Positions 1 to 15,100 of a stretch of 64,000 nucleotides of DNA are shown piece after piece (within the stretch, counting starts at the first letter, position 1; every line of letters begins with the position of its first letter). Both the position numbers and the translations under genes were made by a program. The notes beneath the pieces were generated by a model. The model was not told where the DNA came from. It did no database searches and saw only the letters and a program-made list of their open reading frames with translations. Source of the DNA: Heterodontus francisci (taxonomy: Eukaryota); the NCBI RefSeq assembly GCF_036365525.1, contig NC_090378.1:124729593-124793592 (forward strand). Reading direction: 5' to 3'.

Positions 1-1599
1 CACACAGTCCCACCTCCTGCACTGACACATCCCAAAGTTATGTATAATATATAATAATGGACACACAGACCCACCTCCGGTACTGACACGACCCACAGTT
101 ATATATAATCTATAATAATGGACACACAGTCCCACCTCCTGCACTGCAACATCCCACAGTTATATATAATATATAATAATGGACACACAGTCCCACCTCC
201 TGTACTGACACATCCCACAGTTATATATAATATATAATAATGGACACAGAGTCCCACCTCCTGTATTGACACATCCCACAGTTATATATAATAAATAAAA
301 ATTGACACAAAGCCCCACCTCCTGTAATGACACATCCCACAGTTATATATAATATATAATAACGGACACACAGTCCCACCTCCTGTATTGACACATCCCA
401 CAGTTATATATAATAAATAATAATGGACACACAGTCCCACCTCCTATACTGACACATCCCACAGTTATATATAATATATAATAATGGACACACAGTCCCA
501 CCTCCTGTACTGACACATCCCACAGTTATATATAATATATAATAATGGACACACAGTCCCACCTCCTGTACTGACACATCCCACAGTTATACATAATATG
601 TAAAAATGGACACACAGTCCCACCTCCTGTACTGACACATCCCACAGTTATATATAATATATAATAATGGACACACAGTCCCACCTCCTGCAATGACACA
701 TCCCACAGTTATATATAATATATAATAATGGACACACAGTCCCACATCCTGTACTGACACATCCCACAGTTATATATTATATATAATAATGGAAACAAAG
801 TCCCACCTCCTGTACTGACACATCCCACAGTTATATATAATAAATAATAATGGACACACAGTCCCACCTCCTGCACTGACACATCCCACAGTTATATATA
901 ATATATAATAATGGACACACAGTCCCACCTCCTGTACTGACACATCCCACAGTTATATATAATATATAATAATGGACACACAGTCCCACCTCCTGCACTG
1001 ACACATCCCAAAGTTATGTATAATATATAATAATGGACACACAGTCCCACCTCCGGTACTGACACGTCCCACAGTTATATATAATATATAATAATGGACA
1101 CACAGTCCCACCTCCTGCACTGCAACATCCCACAGTTATATATAATATATAATAATGGACACACAGTCCCACCTCCTGTACTGACACATCCCACAGTTAT
1201 ATATAATATATAATAATGGACACACAGTCCCACCTCCTGTATTGACACATCCCACAGTTATATATAATAAATAAATATTGACACAAAGTCCCACCTCCTG
1301 TAATGATACATCCCACAGTTATATATAATATATAATAACGGACACACAGTCCCACCTCCTGTATTGACACATCCCACAGTTATATATAATAAATAATAAT
1401 GGACACACAGTCCCACCTCCTATACTGACACATCCTACAGTTATATATAATATATAATAATGGACACACAGTCCCACCTCCTGTACTGACACATCCCACA
1501 GTTATACATAATATGTAAAAATGGACACAGAGTCCCACCTCCTGTACTGACACATCCCACAGTTATATATAATATATAATAATGGACACACAGTCCCAC

Positions 1600-4500
1600 C
1601 TCCTGCAATGACACATCCCACATTTATATATAATATATAATAATGGACACACAGTCCCACCTCCTGTACTGACACGTCCCACAGTTATATATAATATATA
1701 ATAATGGACACACAGTCCCCCCTCCAGTCAGGACACATCCCACAGTTATATATACTATATAATAATGGACACACAGTCCCACCTCCTGCTCTGACACATC
1801 CCAAAGTTATGTATAATATATAATAATGGACACACAGACCCACCTCCGGTACTGACACGTCCCACAGTTATATATAATCTATAATAATGGACACACAGTC
1901 CCACCTCCTGCACTGCAACATCCCACAGTTATATATAATATATAATAATGGACACACAGTCCCACATCCTGTACTGACACATCCCACAGTTATATATAAT
2001 ATATAATAATGGACACAGAGTCCCACCTCCTGTATTGACACATCCCACAGTTATATATAATAAATAAAAATTGACACAAAGTCCCACCTCCTGTAATGAC
2101 ACATCCCACAGTTATATATAATATATAATAACGGACACACAGTCCCACCTCCTGTATTGACACATCCCGCAGTTATATATAATAAATAATAATGGACACA
2201 CAGTCCCACCTCCTATACTGACACATACCACAGTTATATATAATATATAATAATGGACACACAGTCCCACCTCCTGTACTGACACATCCCACAGTTATAT
2301 ATAATATATAATAATGGACACACAGTCCCACCTCCTGTACTGACACATCCCATAGTTATACATAATATGTAAAAATGGACACACAGTCCCACCTCCTGTA
2401 CTGACACATCCCACAGTTATATATAATATATAATAATGGACACACAGTCCCACCTCCTGCAATGACACATCCCACATTTATATATAATATATAATAATGG
2501 ACACACAGTCCCACATCCTGGACTGACACATCCCACAGTTATATATTATATATAATAATGGACACACAGTCCCACCTCCTTTACTGACACGTCCCACAGT
2601 TATATATAATATATAATAATGGACACACAGTCCCACCTCCTGTACAGACACGTCCCACAGTTATATATAATATATAATAATGGACACACAGTCCCCCCTC
2701 CAGTCAGGACACATCCCACAGTTATATATAATATATTATAATGGACACACGGTCCCACCTCCTGCACTGACATACCCCACAGTAATATATAATATATAAT
2801 AATGGACACACAGTCCCACCTCCTGTAATGACATATCCCACAGTTATATATAATATATAATAATGGACACACAGTCCCACCTCCTGTACTGACACATCCC
2901 TCAGTTATATATAATATACAATAATGGACACACAATCCCAAATCCTGTAATGACACATCCCACAGTTATATATAATGTATAATAATGGACACACAGTCCC
3001 ACCTCCTGCAATGACACATCCCACAGTTATATATAATATATAATAATGGACACACAGTCCCACCTCCTGTACTGACACATCCCACAGTTATATATAATAT
3101 ATAATAATGGACACACAATCCCACCTCCTGTAATGACACATCCCACAGTTATATATAATATATAATAATGGACACACAGTCCCACCTCCTGCAATGACAC
3201 ATCCCACAGTTATATATAATATATAATAATGGACACACAGTCCCACCTCCTGCACTGACACATCCCAAAGTTATGTATAATATATAATAATGGACACACA
3301 GTCCCACCTCCGGTACTGACACGTCCCACAGTTATATATAATATATAATAATGGACACACAGTCCCACCTCCTGCACTGCAACATCCCACAGTTATATAT
3401 AATATATAATAATGGACACACAGTCCCACCTCCTGTACTGACACATCCCACAGTTATATATAATAAATAATAATGGACACACAGTCCCACCTCCTGTAAT
3501 GACACATCCCACAGTTATATATAATATATAATAACGGACACACAGTCCCACCTCCTGTATTGACACATCCCACAGTTATATATAATAAATAATAATGGAC
3601 ACACAGTCCCACCTCCTATACTGACACATCCCACAGTTATATATAATATATAATAATGGACACACAGTTCCATCTCCTGGACTGACACGTCCCACAGTTA
3701 TATATAATATATAATAATGGACACACAGTCCCACCTTCTGTACTGACACATCCCACAGTTATACATAATATGTAAAAATGGACACACAGTCCCACCTCCT
3801 GTACTGACACATCCCACAGTTATATATAATATATAATAATGGACACACAGTCCCACCTCCTGCAATGACACATCCCACATTTATATATAATATATAATAA
3901 TGGACACACAGTCCCACATCCTGGACTGACACATCCCACAGTTATATATAATATATAATAATGGACACACAGTCCCACCTCCTGCAATGACACATCCCAC
4001 ATTTATATATAATATATAATAATGGACACACAGTCCCACCTCCTGTACTGACACGTCCCACAGTTATATATAATATATAATAATGGACACACAGTCCCCC
4101 CTCCAGTCAGGACACATCCCACAGTTATATATACTATATAATAATGGACACACAGTCCCACCTCCTGCACTGACACATCCCAAAGTTATGTATAATATAT
4201 AATAATGGACACACAGACCCACCTCCGGTACTGACACGTCCCACAGTTATATATAATCTATAATAATGGACACACAGTCCCACCTCCTGCACTGCAACAT
4301 CCCACAGTTATATATAATATATAATAATGGACACACAGTCCCACATCCTGTACTGACACATCCCACAGTTATATATAATATATAATAATGGACACAGAGT
4401 CCCACCTCCTGTATTGACACATCCCACAGTTATATATAATAAATAAAAATTGACACAAAGTCCCACCTCCTGTAATGACACATCCCACAGTTATATATAA

Positions 4501-6260
4501 TATATAATAACGGACACACAGTCCCACCTCCTGTATTGACACATCCCGCAGTTATATATAATAAATAATAATGGACACACAGTCCCACCTCCTATACTGA
4601 CACATACCACAGTTATATATAATATATAATAATGGACACACAGTCCCACCTCCTGTACTGACACATCCCACAGTTATATATAATATATAATAATGGACAC
4701 ACAGTCCCACCTCCTGTACTGACACATCCCACAGTTATACATAATATGTAAAAATGGACACACAGTCCCACCTCCTGTACTGACACATCCCACAGTTATA
4801 TATAATATATAATAATGGACACACAGTCCCACCTCCTGCAATGACACATCCCACATTTATATATAATATATAATAATGGACACACAGTCCCACATCCTGG
4901 ACTGACACATCCCACAGTTATATATTATATATAATAATGGACACACAGTCCCACCTCCTTTACTGACACGTCCCACAGTTATATATAATATATAATAATG
5001 GACACACAGTCCCACCTCCTGTACAGACACGTCCCACAGTTATATATAATATATAATAATGGACACACAGTCCCCCCTCCAGTCAGGACACATCCCACAG
5101 TTATATATAATATATTATAATGGACACACGGTCCCACCTCCTGCACTGACATACCCCACAGTAATATATAATATATAATAATGGACACACAGTCCCACCT
5201 CCTGTAATGACATATCCCACAGTTATATATAATATATAATAATGGACACACAGTCCCACCTCCTGTACTGACACATCCCTCAGTTATATATAATATACAA
5301 TAATGGACACACAATCCCAAATCCTGTAATGACACATCCCACAGTTATATATAATGTATAATAATGGACACACAGTCCCACCTCCTGCAATGACACATCC
5401 CACAGTTATATATAATATATAATAATGGACACACAGTCCCACCTCCTGTACTGACACATCCCACAGTTATATATAATATATAATAATGGACACACAATCC
5501 CACCTCCTGTAATGACACATCCCACAGTTATATATAATATATAATAATGGACACACAGTCCCACCTCCTGCACTGACACATCCCAAAGTTATGTATAATA
5601 TATAATAATGGACACACAGTCCCACCTCCGGTACTGACACGTCCCACAGTTATATATAATATATAATAATGGACACACAGTCCCACCTCCTGCACTGCAA
5701 CATCCCACAGTTATATATAATATATAATAATGGACACACAGTCCCACCTCCTGTACTGACACATCCCACAGTTATATATAATAAATAATAATGGACACAC
5801 AGTCCCACCTCCTGTAATGACACATCCCACAGTTATATATAATATATAATAACGGACACACAGTCCCACCTCCTGTATTGACACATCCCACAGTTATATA
5901 TAATAAATAATAATGGACACACAGTCCCACCTCCTATACTGACACATCCCACAGTTATATATAATATATAATAATGGACACACAGTTCCATCTCCTGGAC
6001 TGACACGTCCCACAGTTATATATAATATATAATAATGGACACACAGTCCCACCTTCTGTACTGACACATCCCACAGTTATACATAATATGTAAAAATGGA
6101 CACACAGTCCCACCTCCTGTACTGACACATCCCACAGTTATATATAATATATAATAATGGACACACAGTCCCACCTCCTGCAATGACACATCCCACATTT
6201 ATATATAATATATAATAATGGACACACAGTCCCACATCCTGGACTGACACATCCCTCAGT
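1600..6260. repeat. Tandem duplication with a 39-monomer (2,379-bp) period; one monomer missing in copy 2
   Basis: Rare variants (TATACTAT, CAGACCCAC, CATCCCGCAG, CCCAAATCCTGTAAT, GTACAGAC) repeat at +2,379 (ORFs 2295/4674, 2600/4979). The offset drops to 2,318 (38 monomers) at 3698/6016. Confidence 0.9.
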
Positions 6261-9190
6261 TATATATTATATATAATAATGGACACACAGTCCCACCTCC
6301 TTTACTGACACGTCCCACAGTTATATATAATATATAATAATGGACACACAGTCCCACCTCCTGTTCTGACACAACCCACATTTATATATAATATATAATA
6401 ATGGACACACAGTCCCACCTCCTGCAATGACACATCCCACATTTATATATAATATATAATAATGGACGCACAGTCCCACACCCTGGACTGACACATCCCA
6501 CAGTTATATATTATATATAATAATGGACACACAGTCCCACCTCCTTTACTGACACGTCCCACAGTTATATATAATATATAATAATGGACACACAGTACCA
6601 CCTCCTGTACTGACACGTCCCACAGTTATATATAATATATAATAATGGACACACAGTCCCACCTCCAGTCAGGACACATCCCACAGTTATATATAATATA
6701 TTATAATGGACACACAGTCCCACCTCCTGCACTGACATACCCCACAGTAATATATAATATATAATAATGGACACACAGTCCCACCTCCTGTAATGACATA
6801 TCCCACAGTTATATATAATATATAATAATGGACACACAGTCCCACCTCCTGTACTGACACATCCCTCAGTTATATATAATATACAATAATGGACACACAA
6901 TCCCACCTCCTGTAATGACACATCCCACAGTTATATATAATATATAATAATGGACACACAGTCCCACCTCCTGCAATGACACATCCCACAGTTATATATA
7001 ATATTTAATAATGGACACACAGTCCCACCTCCTGTACTGACACATCCCACAGTTATATATAATATATAATAATGGACACACAATCCCACCTCCTGTAATG
7101 ACACATCTGACAGTTATATATAATATATAATAATGGACACACAGTCCCACCTCCTGCAATGACACATCCCACAGTTATATATAATATATAATAATGGACA
7201 CACAGTCCCACATCCTGTACTGACACATCCCACAGTTATATATTATATATAATAATGGAAACAAAGTCCCACCTCCTGTACTGACACATCCCACAGTTAT
7301 ATATAATAAATAATAATGGACACACAGTCCCACCTCCTGCACTGACACATCCCACAATTATATATAATATATAATAATGGACACACAGTCCCACCTCCTG
7401 TACTGACACATCCCACAGTTATATATAATATATAATAATGGACACACAGTCCCACCTCCTGTATTGACACATCCCACAGTTATATATAATAAATAAAAAT
7501 TGACACAAAGTCCCACCTCCTGTAATGACACATCCCACAGTTATATATAATATATAATAACGGACACACAGTCCCACCTCCTGTATTGACACATCCCACA
7601 GTTATATATAATAAATAATAATGGACACACAGTCCCACCTCCTATACTGACACATCCCACAGTTATATATAATATATAATAATGGACACACAGTTCCATC
7701 TCCTGGACTGACACGTCCCACAGTTATATATAATATATAATAATGGACACACAGTCCCACCTTCTGTACTGACACATCCCACAGTTATACATAATATGTA
7801 AAAATGGACACACAGTCCCACCTCCTGTACTGACACATCCCACAGTTATATATAATATATAATAATGGACACACAGTCCCACCTCCTGCAATGACACATC
7901 CCACATTTATATATAATATATAATAATGGACACACAGTCCCACATCCTGGACTGACACATCCCTCAGTTATATATTATATATAATAATGGACACACAGTC
8001 CCACCTCCTTTACTGACACGTCCCACAGTTATATATAATATATAATAATGGACACACAGTCCCACCTCCTGTTCTGACACAACCCACATTTATATATAAT
8101 ATATAATAATGGACACACAGTCCCACCTCCTGCAATGACACATCCCACATTTATATATAATATATAATAATGGACGCACAGTCCCACACCCTGGACTGAC
8201 ACATCCCACAGTTATATATTATATATAATAATGGACACACAGTCCCACCTCCTTTACTGACACGTCCCACAGTTATATATAATATATAATAATGGACACA
8301 CAGTACCACCTCCTGTACTGACACGTCCCACAGTTATATATAATATATAATAATGGACACACAGTCCCACCTCCAGTCAGGACACATCCCACAGTTATAT
8401 ATAATATATTATAATGGACACACAGTCCCACCTCCTGCACTGACATACCCCACAGTAATATATAATATATAATAATGGACACACAGTCCCACCTCCTGTA
8501 ATGACATATCCCACAGTTATATATAATATATAATAATGGACACACAGTCCCACCTCCTGTACTGACACATCCCTCAGTTATATATAATATACAATAATGG
8601 ACACACAATCCCACCTCCTGTAATGACACATCCCACAGTTATATATAATATATAATAATGGACACACAGTCCCACCTCCTGTACTGACACATCCCTCAGT
8701 TATATATAATATACAATAATGGACACACAATCCCACCTCCTGTAATGACACATCCCACAGTTATATATAATATTTAATAATGGACACACAGTCCCACCTC
8801 CTGTACTGACACATCCCACAGTTATATATAATATATAATAATGGACACACAATCCCACCTCCTGTAATGACACATCTGACAGTTATATATAATATATAAT
8901 AATGGACACACAGTCCCACCTCCTGCAATGACACATCCCACAGTTATATATAATATATAATAATGGACACACTGTCCCACATCCTGTACTGACACATCCC
9001 ACAGTTATATATTATATATAATAATGGAAACAAAGTCCCACCTCCTGTACTGACACATCCCACAGTTATATATAATAAATAATAATGGACACACAGTCCC
9101 ACCTCCTGCACTGACACATCCCACAATTATATATAATATATAATAATGGACACACAGTCCCACCTCCTGTACTGACACATCCCACAGTTA
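5800..9190. repeat. Tandem duplication with a 28/29-monomer (1,708/1,769-bp) period
   Basis: Shared rare variants are GTTCCATCTCC, GGACGCACAG..CACCCTGG, CAGTACCACC and CATCTGACAG. ORF offsets are 6016/7724 and 6565/8273 (1,708) and 7175/8944 (1,769). Confidence 0.88.
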
Positions 9191-12100
9191 TATATAATAT
9201 ATAATAATGGACACACAGTCCCACCTCCTGTATTGACACATCCCACAGTTATATATAATAAATAAAAATTGACACAAAGTCCCACCTCCTGTAATGACAC
9301 ATCCCACAGTTATATATAATATATAATAACGGACACACAGTCCCACCTCCTGTATTGACACATCCCACAGTTATATATAATAAATAATAATGGACATACA
9401 GTCCCACCTCCTATACTGACACATCCCACAGTTATATATAATATATAATAATGGACACACAGTCCCACCTCCTGCACTGACACATCCCACAGTTATATAT
9501 AATATATAATAATGGACACACAGTCCCACCTACTGTACTGACACATCCCACAGTTATACATAATATGTAAAAATGGACACACAGTCCCACCTCCTGTACT
9601 GACACATCCCAAAGTTATATATAATATATAATAATGGACACACAGTCCCACCTCCTGCAATGACACATCCCACATTTATATATAATATATAATAATGGAC
9701 ACACAGTCCCACATCCTGGACTGACACAACCCACAGTTATATATTATATATAATAATGGACACACAGTCCCACCTCCTTTACTGACACGTCCCACAGTTA
9801 TATATAATATATAATAATGGACACACAGTCCCACCTCCTGTACTGACACGTCCCACAGTTATATATAATAAATAATAATGGACACACAGTCCCCCCTCCA
9901 GTCAGGACACATCCCACAGTTATATATAATATATTATAATGGACACACGGTCCCACCTCCTGCACTGACATACCCCACAGTAATATATAATATATAATAA
10001 TGGACACACAGTCCCACCTCCTGTAATGACATATCCCACAGTTATATATAATATATAATAATGGACACACAGTCCCACCTCCTGTACTGACACATCCCTC
10101 AGTTATATATGATATACAATAATGGACACACAATCCCACCTCCTGTAATGACACATCCCACAGTTATATATAATATATAATAATGGACACACAGTCCCAC
10201 CTCCTGCAATGACACATCCCACAGTTATATATAATATGTAATAATGGACACACAGTCCCACCTCCTGTACTGACACATCCCACAGTTATATATAATATAT
10301 AATAATGGACACACAATCCCACCTCCTGTAATGACACATCCCACAGTTATATATAATATATAATAATGGACACACAGTCCCACCTCCTGCAATGACACAT
10401 CCCACAGTTATATATAATATATAATAATGGACACACAGTCCCACATCCTGTACTGACACATCCCACAGTTATATATTATGTATAATAATGGAAACAAAGT
10501 CCCACCTCCTGTACTGACACATCCCACAGTTATATATAATAAATAATAATGGACACACAGTCCCACCTCCTGCACTGACACATCCCACAGTTATATATAA
10601 TATATAATAATGGACACACAGTCCCACCTCCTCTACTGACACATCCCACAGTTATATATAATATATAATAATGGACACACAGTCCCACCTCCTGCACTGA
10701 CACATCCCAAAGTTATGTATAATATATAATAATGGACACACAGTCCCACCTCCGGTACTGACACATCCCACAGTTATATATAATATATAATAATGGACAC
10801 ACAGTCCCACCTCCTGCAATGACACATCCCACAGTTATATATAATATATAATAATGGACATGCAGTCCCACATCCTGTACTGACACATCCCACAGTTATA
10901 TATTATATATAATAATGGAAACAAAGTCCCACCTCCTGTACTGACACATCCCACAGTTATATATAATAAATAATAACGGACACACAGTCCCACCTCCTAT
11001 ACTGACACATCCCACATTTATATATAATATATAATAATGGACACACAGTCCCACCTCCTGTACTGACACATCCCACAGTTATATATAATAAATAATAATT
11101 GACACACAGTCCCACCTCCTGTAATGACACATCCCACAGTTATATATAATATATAATAATGGACACACAGTCCCACCTCCTGTACTGACACATCCCACAG
11201 TTATATATAATATATAATAATGGACACACAGTCCCAACTCCTGCACTGACACATCCCAAAGTTATGTATAATATATAATAATGGACACACAGTCCCACCT
11301 CCGGTACTGACACGTCCCACAGTTATATATAATATATAATAATGGACACACAGTCCCACCTCCTGCACTGCAACAACCCACAGATTTATATAATATATAA
11401 TAATGGACACACAATCCCACCTCCTGTAATGACACATCCGACAGTTATATATAATATATAATAATGGACACACAGTCCCACCTCCTGCAATGACACATCC
11501 CACAGTTATACATAATATATAATAATGGACACACAGTCCCACATCCTGTACTGACACATCCCACAGTTATATATTATATATAATAATGGAAACAAAGTCC
11601 CACCTCCTGTATTGACACATCCCACAGTTATATATAATAAATAATAATGGACACACAGTCCCACCTCCTATACTGACACATCCCACAGTTATATATAATA
11701 TATAATAATGGACACACAGTCCCACCTCCTGTAATGACATATCCCACAGTTATATATAATATATAATAATGGACACACAGTCCCACCTCCTGTACTGACA
11801 CATCCCTCAGTTATATATGATATACAATAATGGACACACAATCCCACCTCCTGTAATGACACATCCCACAGTTATATATAATATATAATAATGGACACAC
11901 AGTCCCACCTCCTGCAATGACACATCCCACAGTTATATATAATAAATAATAATGGACACACAGTCCCACCTCCTGCACTGACACATCCCACAGTTATATA
12001 TAATATATAATAATGGACACACAGTCCCACCTCCTCTACTGACACATCCCACAGTTATATATAATATATAATAATGGACACACAGTCCCACCTCCTGCAC

Positions 12101-15100
12101 TGACACATCCCAAAGTTATGTATAATATATAATAATGGACACACAGTCCCACCTCCGGTACTGACACATCCCACAGTTATATATAATATATAATAATCGA
12201 CACACAGTCCCACCTCCTGCACTGCAACATCCCACAGTTATATATAATATATAATGATGGACACACAGTCCCACCTCCTGTACTGACACATCCCACAGTT
12301 ATATATAATAAATAATAATGGACACACAGTCCCACCTCCTGTAATGACACATCCCACAGTTATATATAATATATAACAACGGACACACAGTCCCACCTCC
12401 TGTATTGACACATCCCACAGTTATATTTAATAAATAATAATGGACACACAGTCCCACCTCCTATACTGACACATCCCACAGTTATATATAATATATAATT
12501 ATGGACACACAGTTCCACCTCCTGCAATGACACATCCCACATTTATATATAATATATAATAATGGACACACAGTCCCACATCCTGGACTGACACATCCCA
12601 CAGTTATATATTATATATAATAATGGACACACAGTCCCACCTCCTTTACTGACACGTCCCACAGTTATATATAATATATAATAATGGACACACAGTCCCA
12701 CCTCCTGTACTGACACGTCCCACAGTTATATATAATATATAATAATGGACACACAGTCCCCCCTCCAGTCAGGACACATCCCACAGTTATATATAATATG
12801 TTATAATGGACACACGGTCCCACCTCCTGCACTGACATACCCCACAGTAATATATAATATATAATAATGGACACACAGTCCCACCTCCTGTAATGACATA
12901 TCCCACAGTTATATATAATATATAATAATGGACACACAGTCCCACCTCCTGTACTGACACATCCCTCAGTTATATATAATATACAATAATGGACACACAA
13001 TCCCACCTCCTGTAATGACACATCCCACAGTTATATATAATGTATAATAATGGACACACAGTCCCACCTCCTGCAATGACACATCCCACAGTTATATATA
13101 ATATATAATAATGGACACACAGTCCCACCTCCTGTACTGACACATCCCACAGTTATATATAATATATAATAATGGACACACAATCCCACCTCCTGTAATG
13201 ACACATCCCACAGTTATATATAATATATAATAATGGACACACAGTCCCACCTCCTGCAATGACACATCCCACAGTTATATATAATAAATAATAATGGACA
13301 CACAGTCCCACATCCTGTACTGACACATCCCACAGTTATATATTATATATAATAATGGAAACAAAGTCCCACCTCCTGTACTGACACATCCCACAGTTAT
13401 ATATAATAAATAATAATGGACACACAGTCCCACCTCCTGCACTGACACATCCCACAGTTATATATAATATATAATAATGGACACACAGTCCCACCTCCTG
13501 TACTGACACATCCCACAGTTATATATAATATATAATAATGGACACACAGTCCCACCTCCTGCACTGACACATCCCAAAGTTATGTATAATATATAATAAT
13601 GGACACACAGTCCCACCTCCGGTACTGACACGTCCCACAGTTATATATAATATATAATAATGGACACACAGTCCCACCTCCTGCACTGCAACATCCCACA
13701 GTTATATATAATATATAATAATGGACACACAGTCCCACCTCCTGTACTGACACATCCCACAGTTATATATAATAAATAATAATGGACACACAGTCCCACC
13801 TCCTGTAATGACACATCCCACAGTTATATCTCATATATAATAACGGACACACAGTCCCACCTCCTGTATTGACACATCCCACAGTTATATATAATAAATA
13901 ATAATGGACACACAGTCCCACCTCCTATACTGACACATCCCACAGTTATATGTAATATATAATAATGGACACACAGTTCCACCTCCTGTACTGACACGTC
14001 CCACAGTTATATATAATATATAATAATGGACACACAGTCCCACCTTCTGTACTGACACATCCCACAGTTATATATAATAAATAATAATTGACACACAGTC
14101 CCACCTCCTGTAATGACACATCCCACAGTTATATATAATATATAATAATGGACACACAGTCCCACCTCCTGTACTGACACATCCCACAGTTATATATAAT
14201 ATATAATAATGGACACACAGTCCCAACTCCTGCACTGACACATCCCAAAGTTATGTATAATATATAATAATGGACACACAGTCCCACCTCCGGTACTGAC
14301 ACGTCCCACAGTTATATATAATATATAATAATGGACACACAGTCCCACCTCCTGCACTGCAACAACCCACAGTTATATATAATATATAATAATGGACACA
14401 CAATCCCACCTCCTGTAATGACACATCCGACAGTTATATATAATATATAATAATGGACACACAGTCCCACCTCCTGCAATGACACATCCCACAGTTATAC
14501 ATAATATATAATAATGGACACACAGTCCCACATCCTGTACTGACACATCCCACAGTTATATATTATATATAATAATGGAAACAAAGTCCCACCTCCTGTA
14601 TTGACACATCCCACAGTTATATATAATAAATAATAATGGACACACAGTCCCACCTCCTATACTGACACATCCCACAGTTATATATAATATATAATAATGG
14701 ACACACAGTCCCACCTCCTGTAATGACATATCCCACAGTTATATATAATATATAATAATGGACACACAGTCCCACCTCCTGTACTGACACATCCCTCAGT
14801 TATATATGATATACAATAATGGACACACAATCCCACCTCCTGTAATGACACATCCCACAGTTATATATAATATATAATAATGGACACACAGTCCCACCTC
14901 CTGCAATGACACATCCCACAGTTATATATAATATGTAATAATGGACACACAGTCCCACCTCCTGTACTGACACATCCCACAGTTATATATAATATATAAT
15001 AATGGACACACAATCCCACCTCCTGTAATGACACATCCCACAGTTATATATAATATATAATAATGGACACACAGTCCCACCTCCTGCAATGACACATCCC

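Noticed and set aside
194-201. CACCTCCT equals the anti-Shine-Dalgarno/16S 3' end; the minus strand has AGGAGG 7 nt upstream of a GTG that opens a 29-codon frame
   Set aside because: It is a short match with no rRNA context. A 64-kb gene-free satellite with apparent CpG decay is very unlikely to be prokaryotic, so I treat it as coincidence.
211-219. TGTGGGAT on the minus strand resembles the CSL/RBPJ site (YGTGGGAA)
   Set aside because: It mismatches at a conserved position, and short motifs are uninformative without binding data.
221-241. TATA-box or -10-like TATAAT/TATATAA motifs in every monomer
   Set aside because: These are expected in a pure AT tract. No other promoter element or downstream gene supports them.
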